Shown: piece by piece, positions 1 through 10,029 of the stretch
Layout of the letters: the number at the start of each line of letters is the position of its first letter
Numbering within the stretch: the stretch's first letter is position 1
DNA from: Octopus sinensis
Lineage: Eukaryota
Length of the DNA stretch: 24,792 nt
Assembly (NCBI RefSeq): GCF_006345805.1
Contig: NW_021836457.1
Location: 1-24,792, forward strand
Direction of reading: 5' to 3'
Notes under the pieces: generated by a model
The model's input: the letters and a program-made list of their open reading frames with translations, nothing else
Told to the model about the DNA's origin: nothing
Databases searched by the model: none
Translations under genes and position numbers: made by a program

Positions 1-134
1 TCGATTTTGTTTTATCTCCAAGGGTGTTTGGAGCGTAACACTCGAGTTGAAGAACATCGTGACAAGCAGTATAATAATCTGCATACCTTATGTCTTAGAG
101 GAAGAAGATCCCTGACACTTTTGGAGGAAAGGAG

Positions 135-890
135 TGTGGTTTGTCGCTGCAGATCCACTATGGATTCTTCTCGTCCTCCACTCATTTTCATAGTGCTGGC
201 TGCCCTCCACGCCATGTCGCCCTTAACGAAATCATAATGTATGGCATAGACGCCGCAGTCTTCTTTTCCCAACTCAAACCAGCGGGGATACATCAAAAGG
301 ATGCTAAAAAGCCTGACGGTATGACAATTAACCCGTTGCGAAGGCGGTATGCTGGCAGAATCGTTAGCACGCCGGGCGAAATGCTTAGCAGTATTTCGTC
401 TGCCGCTTCGTTCTGAGTTCAAATTCCGCCGAGGTCTATTTGCCTTTCATCCTTTCGGGGTCGATTGAATAAGTACCAGTTACGCACTGGGGTCGATATA
501 ATCGGTTCAATCCGTTTGTCTGTCCTTGTTTGTCCTCTCTATGTTTAGTCCCTTGTGGGTAGTAAAGAAATATGTATGACAATTAACTCGTTCCGTTGCT
601 GTGGCCACCTTATGTGGGATGTCACATGTTGTGACGCCTTTTCCATCGACAACTTGGTACGTTCAGCGACCATCCCAAGCTCCACTGCTGGTCAGACCAA
701 GAAAGCAGACTGTCAACGTATCGGTCGCTCTCCGACAGGTTTATGGAAACCTCTGGCGTTCGCGGTCCTCGAACCATCTCCTTGCACACCGTTATTAGGG
801 CGGAGGTGGCTATCCATAAGTGCAAACCCTGTGAGTCAGAATGTCCGTTCAAGCGCATATCCCTCGCCGTCCTCCATTTTGTCTGTCGGG
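135..890 (+). pseudogene. Decayed C-terminus of an RLE non-LTR retrotransposon (CRE-like), split by a SINE B insertion at 338-573
   Basis: Stitched across frameshifts and the SINE: VCRCRSTMD / SAGCPPRHVALNEII..KPAGIHQKDAKKPDGMTINP | FRCCGHLMWDVTCCD / YRSLSDRFMETSGVRGPRT..KRISLAV. This matches the zinc knuckle-RH-RPDG-WDxTxxD-KY-ETxGxxG-RISLAV order of CRE-type RLE domains. Element may extend left of 135. Confidence 0.8.
338..573 (+). mobile_element. SINE B (tRNA-derived), tail type 1, full length
   Basis: Head with B-box-like GAGTTCAAATTCC; core GCCTTTCATCCTTTCGGGGTCGAT..AATAAGTACCAG; 19-bp TSD gtatgacaattaac(c/t)cgtt at 319-337 and 574-592. Confidence 0.9.
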
Positions 891-1032
891 ACCATGAGAC
901 AGTCTGAGTTACAGAAAGTCGAGAGAATGTAAAAACAGAATTAGGTGGATTGTTAATAAAAGAAAACGACGAAAGAAAATAAAACACGCATAATCAAAGC
1001 AAAAAAGCAAAAAAAAAAAACAACTTGACTTC

Positions 1033-1115
1033 AGTACTTGAATGGTGCTTTATTTTATCGGTCTCGGTAGAATGAATCGCAAAGTCCATTTTGGCTGACT
1101 TTCAACCCAGAATAT
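1033..1115 (-). mobile_element. Highly decayed SINE B-like core (duplicated at about 1560-1642)
   Basis: gtacttgaatggtgctttattttatcgg..gaatgaatcgcaaagtc resembles the minus-strand B core. Confidence 0.45.
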
Positions 1116-1123
1116 AAATGCAA

Positions 1124-1466
1124 CTCTCTTACTCTTTACTCTTTTACTTGTTTCAGTCATTTGACTGCGGCCGTGCTGGAGCACCGCCTTTAGTCGAGCA
1201 AATCGACTCCAGGATTTATTCTTTGTAAGCCTAGTTCTTATTCTATCGGTCTCTTTTGCCGAACCGCTAAGTTACGGGAACGTAAACACACCAGCATCGG
1301 TTATCAAGTGATGTTGGGGGCGACAAGCACAGACACACAAACACACACATATAAAAATATATATATCTAACGGGCTTCTTTCAGTTTCCGTCTACCAAAT
1401 CTACTCACAAGGCTTTGGTCGGGCCGAGGCTATATTAGAAGACACTTGCCCAAGGTGCCACGCAGT
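1124..1466 (-). mobile_element. SINE A body and tail; head displaced to 1686-1740
   Basis: Reverse complement of the A consensus seen at 16480-16993, with (TTTTAC) tail repeats and central CA/TA microsatellite; breaks at ccacgcagt. Confidence 0.9.
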
Positions 1467-1685
1467 CTGAGTTATAGAAAGTCGAGAGAATGTAAAAACA
1501 GAATTAGGTGGACTGTTAATAAAAGAAAACGACGAAAGAAAATAAAACAACTTGACTTCAGTACTTGAATGGTGCTTTATTTTATCGGTCTCGGTAGAAT
1601 GAATCGCAAAGTCCATTTTGGCTGACTTTCAACCTAGAATATAAATGCAACTCTTTTACTCTTTTACTTGTTTCAGTCATTTGAC
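1463..1685 (+). repeat. Direct duplicate of 900-1165
   Basis: Near-identical sequence (cagtctgagtt..catttgac); this copy lacks the A-rich segment at about 987-1020. Confidence 0.92.
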
Positions 1686-1740
1686 CCGGAACCATGTGGT
1701 TGGTAAGCAAGCTACTTACCACACAGCCATTCCTGCGTCT
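1686..1740 (-). mobile_element. SINE A tRNA-like head fragment
   Basis: Reverse complement agacgcaggaatggctgtgtggtaagtagcttgcttaccaaccacatggttccgg = A head. Confidence 0.88.
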
Positions 1741-2071
1741 AAATACCACAAATTGTTTCGTACGAAAATCCGTAATAATAAAAATCTGTGCATTACATGT
1801 TAACAGTTACGATTTTGAAAACAGTCGAAGACAGAAAATGGCAACATCACAGGTATGTTCGGGCCTATATATCAATCTGTTGCTTGTTAAAATTTTATCG
1901 ACAAATTGGTAATTTTGATTTTTGGAGTTATTTCCATTAACAGACATAAAGCAAAAGTAGGATATTGTTCTATATTAAATAGGAGAATAACCTATCCTGA
2001 TAGTGTTTAAGTGACTGATGAATTATCTTGTGAAGATAATACAGTACAGTTAAATCAGTAGAAACAATATA

Positions 2072-2483
2072 TCTTCTTTATATATAAAAGTGAGGTTGTG
2101 TGCTGTCTGTCTCCTACGATTTAGATTCCTAACTACTCCCACATTTTGCGGTGCAGTTTAACCAAAACCGGGTATCTTATAGTCGTGATTCATATCGAGC
2201 CCTTCTGGGTGCTAGCGCGCGTCTACGATGAGTCTACGATGAGTCTACGATTAAAAAAAAAAATTACCATCAATTTTTCCCATTTTTAATGCATTTTTGG
2301 CATATATAAGGGAAGTAACTCTCTAAAAATTTATTATTAAATCTCAGAACGTAAAAAGCTACAGTAACACCCCCACCCTTTGTGGTTAGCCATATTGAGA
2401 TAGCTATTATACTTTACATCTCTAAAAATGCTTATATAGTTATTTCCCTTACAAACCCGAGCAACGCCGGACGATACTGCTAG
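2072..2483 (+). mobile_element. Non-autonomous Helitron, copy 1
   Basis: A|TC 5' end (2072; tctttatatataaaag from 2075); GC-rich hairpin cccgagcaacgccgg shortly before CTAG (2480-2483)|T; no TSD; nearly identical to 18989-19407. Confidence 0.85.
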
Positions 2484-3134
2484 TAGTTTATATATTTGGA
2501 AAGATGGAACGACAGTTTATACAATATGTGGATAACACCCACCAAACGATATCTACATGACTTGAGTTTTATTAGTTGCCTCATTGTTTATTTCTCTTTC
2601 AAAATATTACTTATAATCTCTAATATCTGTAACTTATGCCATGCTTAACATTGAAGGAATCTAAAATACTTCTAACTTAATAAGATAATTATTAGGGTGA
2701 GTCAATGGGCAAACCTGAAGATTTTGCTTTCTACATTGCATCTACAAGTCAATTTAGCGGCTTTTATCGCTCTCTCCAGTATCAGGACTTGATCTTGAAA
2801 CTTTAGATATTTATATTTTGATAGACAGATTTAAAAAATAATTTTTTGTAACTAAACACTTTCAAACTTCGTATACTGGTAGAATGTGTCACATAAAACA
2901 TCTTTTACTCTTGGCGTTGTTGAGAAAATTCTGTATTTTGGAAGTTATTTCTTGTTAAAGTTGTCGTATTTCGGTAGTTTCAACCAGTCAAAGACGTGTA
3001 TTCAGCTGAATAAAATTACTGCCGTTGTTTGTCAACAACAACTATCGGCAGTGTATATTTCGTCAATAACCATAACAACAACCACAACAAATACGCCCTT
3101 AGCCATAACGACAACATTAACAACTGCTTTTAGT

Positions 3135-3310
3135 TGTTTCACAAGGCTAGCCATGTTGAGAGGAGGGGATAATTCGATACTATCGACCCCGGTACTTGAC
3201 TGGTATTTTATTTCATTGAATCAAAAGGGATGAAAGGTGAATTTGACCTCGGCGAGATTTGAACCCCGAACATAAAGAAGACTCTAACGAGTCTGCCAAC
3301 ACGCCGCCTT
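3135..3310 (-). mobile_element. Diverged, internally deleted SINE B (tail type 3-like)
   Basis: atcgaccccggtacttgactggta..ggatgaaaggtgaatttgacctcggcgagatttgaac..ctgccaacacgccgcct. Confidence 0.7.
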
Positions 3311-3326
3311 CGACAATCACAACATT

Positions 3327-3540
3327 GGTTTAAAATGTTGGCTCAAGGCTAACAGTTTTAGGGAAGCGGGTAACTGTATTACATTGACCCCAGTGCTCAA
3401 CTGGTACTTACTTTATCGACCAGAAAGGATAAAAGTCAAAGTCGATCTCGTCGGAACTTGAACTTAGAACGAAAAGATAGGAAAGAAATAGCGCAAAGCA
3501 TTTTTCTGACGCTCTAATGATTCTGCCATTACGCTACCTT
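3327..3540 (-). mobile_element. Diverged SINE B, tail type 3
   Basis: gaccccagtgctcaactggtactta..gtcaaagtcgatctcgtcggaacttgaac; tail ggtttaaaatgttggctcaagg resembles the reverse complement of 20960-20980. Confidence 0.75.
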
Positions 3541-3620
3541 CGACAGCTAAAGCAATAACATCAAGGCGCAAAGAACTAATTCATGACAATTCCAAGCGTG
3601 GCAACAACACTAACAACTAT

Positions 3621-4100
3621 TATTGTGACCTTCCTCGGTCATGACTGACCATGGGATTGCACCTAGAAAGTTACCCTCCGAGGCACAAGTCTGGGCAAGG
3701 TTGTTTATTGAAGACCACGCATACCAGCATCCCTCATCACTGATCTTATCCAAGGGAAAGGCAAAGGTCGATACAGCTTGGCACCAGTGACGTCGCAGCT
3801 CATTTATTAGCGTGCAAGTGGCTGAGCACTCCACAGACACTTAACGTAGTTCTCGGGGAGATTCAGAGTGTGACAAGGCTGGCCCTTTGAAATACAAGTT
3901 CAACAGAAACAGGAAGAAAGTGTGAGAGAAAGTTGTGGTAAAAGAGTACAGCAGGGTTCACCACCACCCTCCGCCGGAGCTTCGTGGAGCTTTAGGTATT
4001 TTCACTCAATAAACACTCACAATGTCCGGTCTGGGAATCGAAACCGCGTTCCTACGACCGCAAGTCCGCTGCCCTAACCACTGGGTCATTGCGCCTCCAC
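3621..4100 (-). mobile_element. Chimeric SINE: C head/body (3811-4100) fused to E 3' part (3625-3810)
   Basis: 3811-4100 matches 21727-22035; 3625-3810 matches 24226-24430; one TSD actaacaactat at 3609-3620 and 4101-4112. Confidence 0.82.
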
Positions 4101-4689
4101 ACTAACAACTATAGAAATAACCCTATAGCAAGAAGAGCGACGTAGCAACTACAACAACAATAATCGAAACACAAACATCACAACAGCGGGCATAACAGTA
4201 ACAACTTTGACAATAATTATCACAACAGTTGTAAATTTAACGGCAACAAACAACAACAAAACCAATACCAGCAACAGAATAAACGTCTCAGCAATCGTAA
4301 CAGAACGGCAACATTGAATACACGTTGTCTACTACTAACATGATTATACTATAACGATCTCAAATATTGGCAGAATTATTGGAAAACATCATCACCTGGC
4401 CATATTTGCAGAATTTGCTTATCTGTCAGTTGATGTCGTCTGCTGGGAGGAGTAAGTGTCCATTAAAATAGCAGACGACACTTTGCGCGGCCATTCATTC
4501 ATTCGCTGTCGGAACGCAGCATTGTTTTATCATCAACAGTCAATGAAATAAGGTCAGTGAGGAACAGTGAGAAATATTTCAAGCTCGGCAGACACTTTAG
4601 AATGTCATACTCTACACACTAACTCTGATCTGTTGTGTTTCATAGCCATTAACTTACTGTTTCACGTCACTGCTATTACATCACACCCC

Positions 4690-5260
4690 TCTCACACCAT
4701 CTCTTTTGCACCCCTCTCTCTCTTATTGCCATTACATCACATTCCTCCTTTTCCTCTCTACGTCTCTCTCTCTCTCTCTCTCTTCCCCTTTCTCTTACTA
4801 CCATTACGCTTCATCCCTCCCCCCCTCTCTGCAAGCTGCTTCTCTCATTCCTTTTGCATAACATCTCCCCTCACCGTCTCTTTCTCTATTTCTCTCTCCT
4901 TCTCTCTCTTTCTGTGCACCCTGCTCCTTTCTCGCTGTCAACACATCACACTCTTTCTTCTCCCTCTGTGTCCTCCCTCTTATCTTTATCATATCTCTTC
5001 CTCTACTTCCCTCTCCCCACACAATCATTTCCTTCCTACTACCTTGCTTCTCTCCTTTTCTACTGTCACTACATCATTCGTCTCGCTCTCCTCCTCCTAC
5101 TACTCTCACTATTGTTACACCGTTTGCTTTCTTTTATCTTATCGCTTATCACTTTTTCCTCCCTCTCCTCCATACTGGTTACTCTTTCTCTTCTCCACCT
5201 CTATCTTTCATTCACTCTCTCCCTCTTCCTCTTTTCCCTCTCTCCTAGTGCACATATTTA
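4690..5260. repeat. Degenerate pyrimidine-rich (CT) low-complexity tract
   Basis: C/T-dominated plus strand; explains ORFs 4567-5265 and 4854-5261. Confidence 0.85.
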
Positions 5261-5320
5261 GATAGCATCATTCACTTTACTTTCAAACTTTATCTCTTTA
5301 TAACACTCTCGTCTTCCCGT

Positions 5321-5402
<82 letters not shown>

Positions 5403-5549
5403 GTCTATCTGTATGTCTGTCTGTCTGTCTGTCTAATTATGTACCTACCAATTTTCCCCTCTCTCCCCTCTCTCACCCTAACTTTTTCCCCCTGTCTCTC
5501 TCTCACCCTACTGTCTCTCTCTCACCCCCTGTCTCTCTCTCACCCCCTG

Positions 5550-5580
<31 letters not shown>

Positions 5581-5629
5581 AATTACGTACCAACCAACCG
5601 TCCTCCCTCTCTCTTTCTCTCACTCCGCA

Positions 5630-5660
<31 letters not shown>
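5321..5660. repeat. (TATC)n/(TGTC)n/(CT)n microsatellite mosaic
   Basis: Direct reading; includes short ctgtctctctcacccc tandem units at about 5490-5550. Confidence 0.9.
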
Positions 5661-5663
<3 letters not shown>

Positions 5664-6278
5664 GCAGCAACAGTCTTCCTGCTTTTCCCCTCTATCACTC
5701 TCACAGCCTCTCATTTCCCTTCCTCCTAAGTGTCTCCTTCACTCTTTCCCCACTTATTGTCCCACTCACTCTACTCTCTCTTCCTTACATTCGCTTAGAT
5801 ATTTGCATACACTTTCTCTCGCTTTCTCTCCTCATCCAGCCTTTCCTCTTCGCATCTCTCTCACTCCCCTTTAAACAATTTGTCTCTTCGCCGCCAACCT
5901 CATCTCCTCCACCTCACTTTCTCTCATTTTTTCCTCCCACTTCCTTTCTATCTCCCCCTGCTACTCTTCCTTGTTCACTCACAGTTCAACCCCTGTGAAC
6001 CAGCTGACTGACAAACGTTTCGGATCACTGAACAGCCTATGTCATTCCCTTCAAATAACTCCTTTGTTGTAAAGTAAACAGTTATGATGGCCTACGTCGG
6101 CAATAATTAGTGAATACAAAGAGATAAAAAGTGGAATAAATTGGTTTGCCATGATGAGTAGGGGGGAAAGTCTTCCTAACAGCAAACCAATTCATTTGAT
6201 TTTTCCCTCCGGCCAAAGCTCTCCATCAGAGGTAGATGTTTTCTGACGGAAACCGAATGAATAAATTACAAGGTGAGG

Positions 6279-6310
<32 letters not shown>

Positions 6311-6542
6311 TGGAAGGAAATATAGCTGAGAATAGTTGAAAGGAAGAGAATGGAAACTGCCTTACCAGCAGATATTAGTGTATGTTTGTATGCGTATGAC
6401 TTTCAGTCAGTATCTTAGTTGACTGCCCTCTCTTTAGCATACTTGCTTTTTGGTAAGGACTCGGTGATGTGATTGAAGTTGATCTGCAGAAACAGCTAAA
6501 ATCTCCAGCACGTTTCACTCAGAGACTGTCGAGCCCAGCTAT

Positions 6543-6804
6543 CCTCTTGGTTTCAGCCAGAACCAATTTTTATCTTTTATCTTTCATCTTTCACCTGTTT
6601 CAGTCAGTCATTACACTGCGGTCGTGCTGGGGCACCGCCTTGAAGAATTTTTTCTCCAAAGAATCGACCCCCAGTACTTATTTTTTTTCAAATTCTGGTA
6701 CTTATTCTATCGGTCCTTTTGCCGAACCGCTAAGTTATAGGGACGTAAACACACCATCACTGGTCGTCAAGCGGTGGTGGGAGACAAACAGACACAAACA
6801 CACA

Positions 6805-6870
<66 letters not shown>

Positions 6871-7072
6871 ACACACATGGTTCATACAAACATTTCGGTT
6901 ATTTTTCGTTACGTTAGCGCCTGCCTTACGAGCACCAACAATTTGACCTCTTTAAAAGTCCGATAGATCTGTCATTTTAATGAATTTTAATTACCTTTTT
7001 CTGATGATATCTGAAAAGAAACAGCAATTTTGGCAAAACATATTAAGCAACACTAATAGCGAATCAAAAACC
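6543..7072 (-). repeat. Left arm of long inverted repeat (SINE A 3' half plus Tc1-like fragment); inverted copy of 7575-8049
   Basis: Reverse complement matches 7575-8049 throughout apart from microsatellite length and a few substitutions; minus-strand ATG at 6975 reads MTDLSDF*RGQIVGARKAGANVTK. Confidence 0.92.
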
Positions 7073-7314
7073 CCGCCATGGATAGAGAGAATGGAGGAAG
7101 TACGAGAGAGGGAGAGAGAGCTAACTACCGTGAGTTTGGCTGATAACTGCTGCAACAAAGAGTAGGGAACGAGGTATTTGCCAGCAGAATTTGGAAACCG
7201 AGAGTTTGCAGTTTGTACCCTGAGTGAGTCATATGGAACCCCAGGCATTACAAACACGAGAAGAAGATGAACCATTAAGAACAATGTAGAGACTGCTGAG
7301 AAAACATATAGAAA

Positions 7315-7767
7315 GGCGCAGGCGTGGTTTTGTGGTCAGAAGTTTGCTTCCCAACCACATGGTTCCGGGTTCAGTCCCACTGCGTGACACCTTGGGCAAA
7401 CGTCTTCTATAGCCTGAAGTCAACCAAAGCTTTGTCAGTGGATTTGGTAGACAGACACTAAAAGGAGCCTGTCGTATATACACAGTGGTTAGACAAAATA
7501 ATAGAAACACCTAGCGTCATAGCATTGTAATTTTGAAATATCTATAAAACCGTCAAAAGCTTATTTATTTTTATGGTTTTTGATTTATTATTAGTGTTGC
7601 TTAATATGTTTTGCTAAAATTGCTGTTTCTTTTCAGATATCATCAGAAAATGGTAATTAAAATTCATTAAAAAAACAGATCTATCGGACTTTTAAAGAGG
7701 TCAAATTGTTGGTGCTCGTAAGGCAGGCACTAACGTAACGAAAAATAGCCGAAATGTTTGTATGAAC

Positions 7768-7817
<50 letters not shown>

Positions 7818-8028
7818 TGTTTGTCTCCCACCACCGCTTGACGACCAGTGATGGTGTGTTTACGTCCCTGTAACTTAGCGGTTCGGCAAAAGGACCGATA
7901 GAATAAGTACCAGAATTTGAAAAAAATAAGTACTGGGGTCGATTCTTTGGAGAAAAAATTCTTCAAGACGGTGCCCCAGCACGGCCGCAGTGTAATGACT
8001 GAAACAGGTGAAAGATAAAAGATAAAAA
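7315..8028 (+). mobile_element. SINE A interrupted in its central TA repeat by a Tc1-like fragment
   Basis: Head ggcgcaggcgtgg..GGTTCAGTCCC at 7315; body to cgtatata at 7480; resumes with (TG)n at about 7770 and A 3' half to the gataaaa tail. Confidence 0.88.
7481..7765 (+). mobile_element. 5' fragment of a Tc1-like DNA transposon
   Basis: TA followed by TIR-like CACAGTGGTTAGACAAAATAATAGAAACACC; 7678-7760 translates DLSDF*RGQIVGARKAGTNVTK/IAEMF, the N-terminal HTH of Tc1-like transposases (DLSDFxRGQIVGAR). Confidence 0.78.
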
Positions 8029-8367
8029 TTGGTTCTGGCTGAAAAGAGGTGATCGGCGGTGGTCAACAGAATGTCACTTAGACACAGGTTCAAGCTTGAT
8101 TAACATAGGTTATGTCGTCTGTGCAAGAGTATGTTGTAAGTGTCGAAACAGCCAGTGTCTCCAGAGTACAACACTGACGATGTGCCGAAAGCATAGCATC
8201 CGTAGATGTGCGTCGAACAATTATATTATTATTCTTTTCCGCTAACCTTGACTCACTCTTTCATGTTTGATTTAGGACTAGTTACCAAATGTTAGTGAGA
8301 AGTTAATTGTAATAAGCTGCTGTCAAATCAGAAGACATTTTTTTTATATTAGTATGCACACACGTAG

Positions 8368-8570
8368 GGCGGCGACCTGGCAGAATCGTTAGCGTGCTGG
8401 ACTAAGTGCTTATTTCGTCCGTCCTTACGTTCAGAGTTCAAATTCTTCTGAGTCGGCTTTGCCTTTCACCCTTCCAGGGTCGGTAAAATAAGTATCAGAT
8501 GAGTACTGGGGTCGATGTAATCGACTATCCCCGTCCTCCAAATTTCAGGCATTGTGCGTTTAGTAGAAAG
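8368..8570 (+). mobile_element. SINE B, tail type 2
   Basis: ggcggcgacctggcagaatcg head, B core, distinct tail ccccgtcctccaaatttcaggcattgtgcgtttagtagaaag. Confidence 0.8.
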
Positions 8571-8582
8571 GGTTAATATACA

Positions 8583-8812
8583 CGGCGAGCTGGCAGAAAC
8601 GTTAGCACGCCGGGCGAAATGCTTAGCAGTATTTCGTCTGCCGTTACGTTCTGAGTTCAAATTCCGCCGAGGCCGACTTTGCTTTCATCCTTTCGGGGTC
8701 GATTAAATAAGTACCAGTTACGCACTGGAGTCGATATAATCGACTTAATCCGTGTGTCTGTCATTGTTTGTCCTCTCTGTGTTTAGCCCCTTGTGGGTAG
8801 TAAAGAAATAGG
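8583..8812 (+). mobile_element. SINE B, tail type 1, near full length
   Basis: High similarity to 338-573 including tail agccccttgtgggtagtaaagaaatagg. Confidence 0.92.
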
Positions 8813-8814
8813 TC

Positions 8815-8963
8815 TTTACGTTTTGAGTTCAAATTCCGCCGAGACCCACTTTGTGTTTCATCCTATCAGGGTCGATCAAATAAGTACCAGTTAAACATTG
8901 GGGTCAATGTAATCGACTTAGGTTTCCCTCGAACCTGCTGGTCCCGTGCCAAAATTTGAAATC
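8815..8963 (+). mobile_element. 5'-truncated SINE B, tail type 3
   Basis: B-box and core followed by ctggtcccgtgccaaaatttgaaatc, as in 20950-20980. Confidence 0.8.
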
Positions 8964-9045
8964 ATTAATATACACACATACAGCACAAGTGTGTATTGCG
9001 GTATTTTCGTGTTTCTACAACTTCCGCCTTCCTACATCATTCTAT

Positions 9046-9128
9046 AACAACAACAACAACAGCAACAACAACAACAACAACAACAACACAACAACAACAA
9101 CAACAACAACAACAACAGTAACAAAAAC

Positions 9129-9183
<55 letters not shown>
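9046..9183. repeat. (AAC)n followed by (AAT)n microsatellite
   Basis: Direct reading; AAT begins at 9129. Confidence 0.97.
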
Positions 9184-9612
9184 GAAATGCAAAGATCCTA
9201 TGGGATTTTATGATTCATGAGATAGAGACTAGGAAGCTAGACATAGTCTTAATTGAGAAAGAAAACAAACTATGCTGGATCATAGCTATAGAATGCCCAG
9301 CTGACAACAAGGTATGCAGTAAGGAAGAAAGAAAAGTTGAGAAATATGACAGGTTAGCTTGGGAAGTTAAGCGGTTGTGGTCGATGAAAAAAGTAGCAGT
9401 AGTATCAATAATTGACAGAGCCCTGGGAACAGTGAACAAAAATCTCGAGAAGTATGTGGAACAAATAGAGGCTGCAATTAGGGTGGAACACTGCTTGGAA
9501 CCGCTCGACTACTCCGGAAGGTGCTCGAAAAATAAGAGGTGTTACCTTAGTTCACTGGTAGTGAACAGCTTACGCCGTAGTACATCTCAAGCGTTAGAAG
9601 CCGTGCAAAGGC
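9184..9612 (+). pseudogene. 5'-truncated R4/Dong-like non-LTR retrotransposon (RLE domain plus 3' UTR) inside (AAT)n
   Basis: NAKILWDFMIHEIETRKLDIVLIEK..CWIIAIECPAD..KEERKVEKYDRLAWEVKRLW..ALG, then a shifted frame from 9491 LLGTARLLRKVLEK* (TAA 9533-9535); typical R4/Dong RLE C-terminus; AAT on both sides. Confidence 0.85.
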
Positions 9613-9670
<58 letters not shown>

Positions 9671-9671
<1 letters not shown>

Positions 9672-9968
9672 GGGATTCTTTGGGGTTTGAATAATTCACC
9701 TTTGGAAACATGGGTGTTTCATTCAACATCCTTAAACAACCCTTAATCAGGGACCTTTTGAGCGGGATAGGTTACCCGACCAGAAGAAAATTCTAACTGG
9801 GCCCCACCCGCAAGGTCATGCGCTGTTTATCTTGGTATGAGATCACCATGTCGCGCACATATGGTTGTGATGCATGTGCCTTATCAGACGAGTAGTCATG
9901 ACGGGTATACTGGGTTTCGTATATTTTAACCCAGTGTCACTTTGATGGCATGCACTGCTCTCTCACTC
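9671..9968 (+). mobile_element. Element D copy 1 (3' part), bounded by (AAT)n
   Basis: Matches 10277-10552; ends ctctcactc|aataat. Confidence 0.85.

Positions 9969-10027
<59 letters not shown>

Positions 10028-10029
<2 letters not shown>

Noticed and set aside
4434-4480. Perfect 11-bp inverted repeat tgtcgtctgct/agcagacgaca with a 25-nt loop
   Set aside because: Isolated, with no TSD or second copy; compatible with chance in 25 kb
4567-5265. 232-aa hydrophobic ORF resembling a membrane protein
   Set aside because: Low-complexity CT-rich tract with no domain motif
6150-6181. Hammerhead reading of ATGATGA..GAAA inside the 11-bp stem
   Set aside because: No C3, and the segment between the boxes cannot form helix II; kept only as a hairpin or C/D-like candidate
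8174-8200. CTGACGA-tgtgcc-GAAA hammerhead-like core
   Set aside because: Helix II is at most 1 bp and no helix I partner exists downstream
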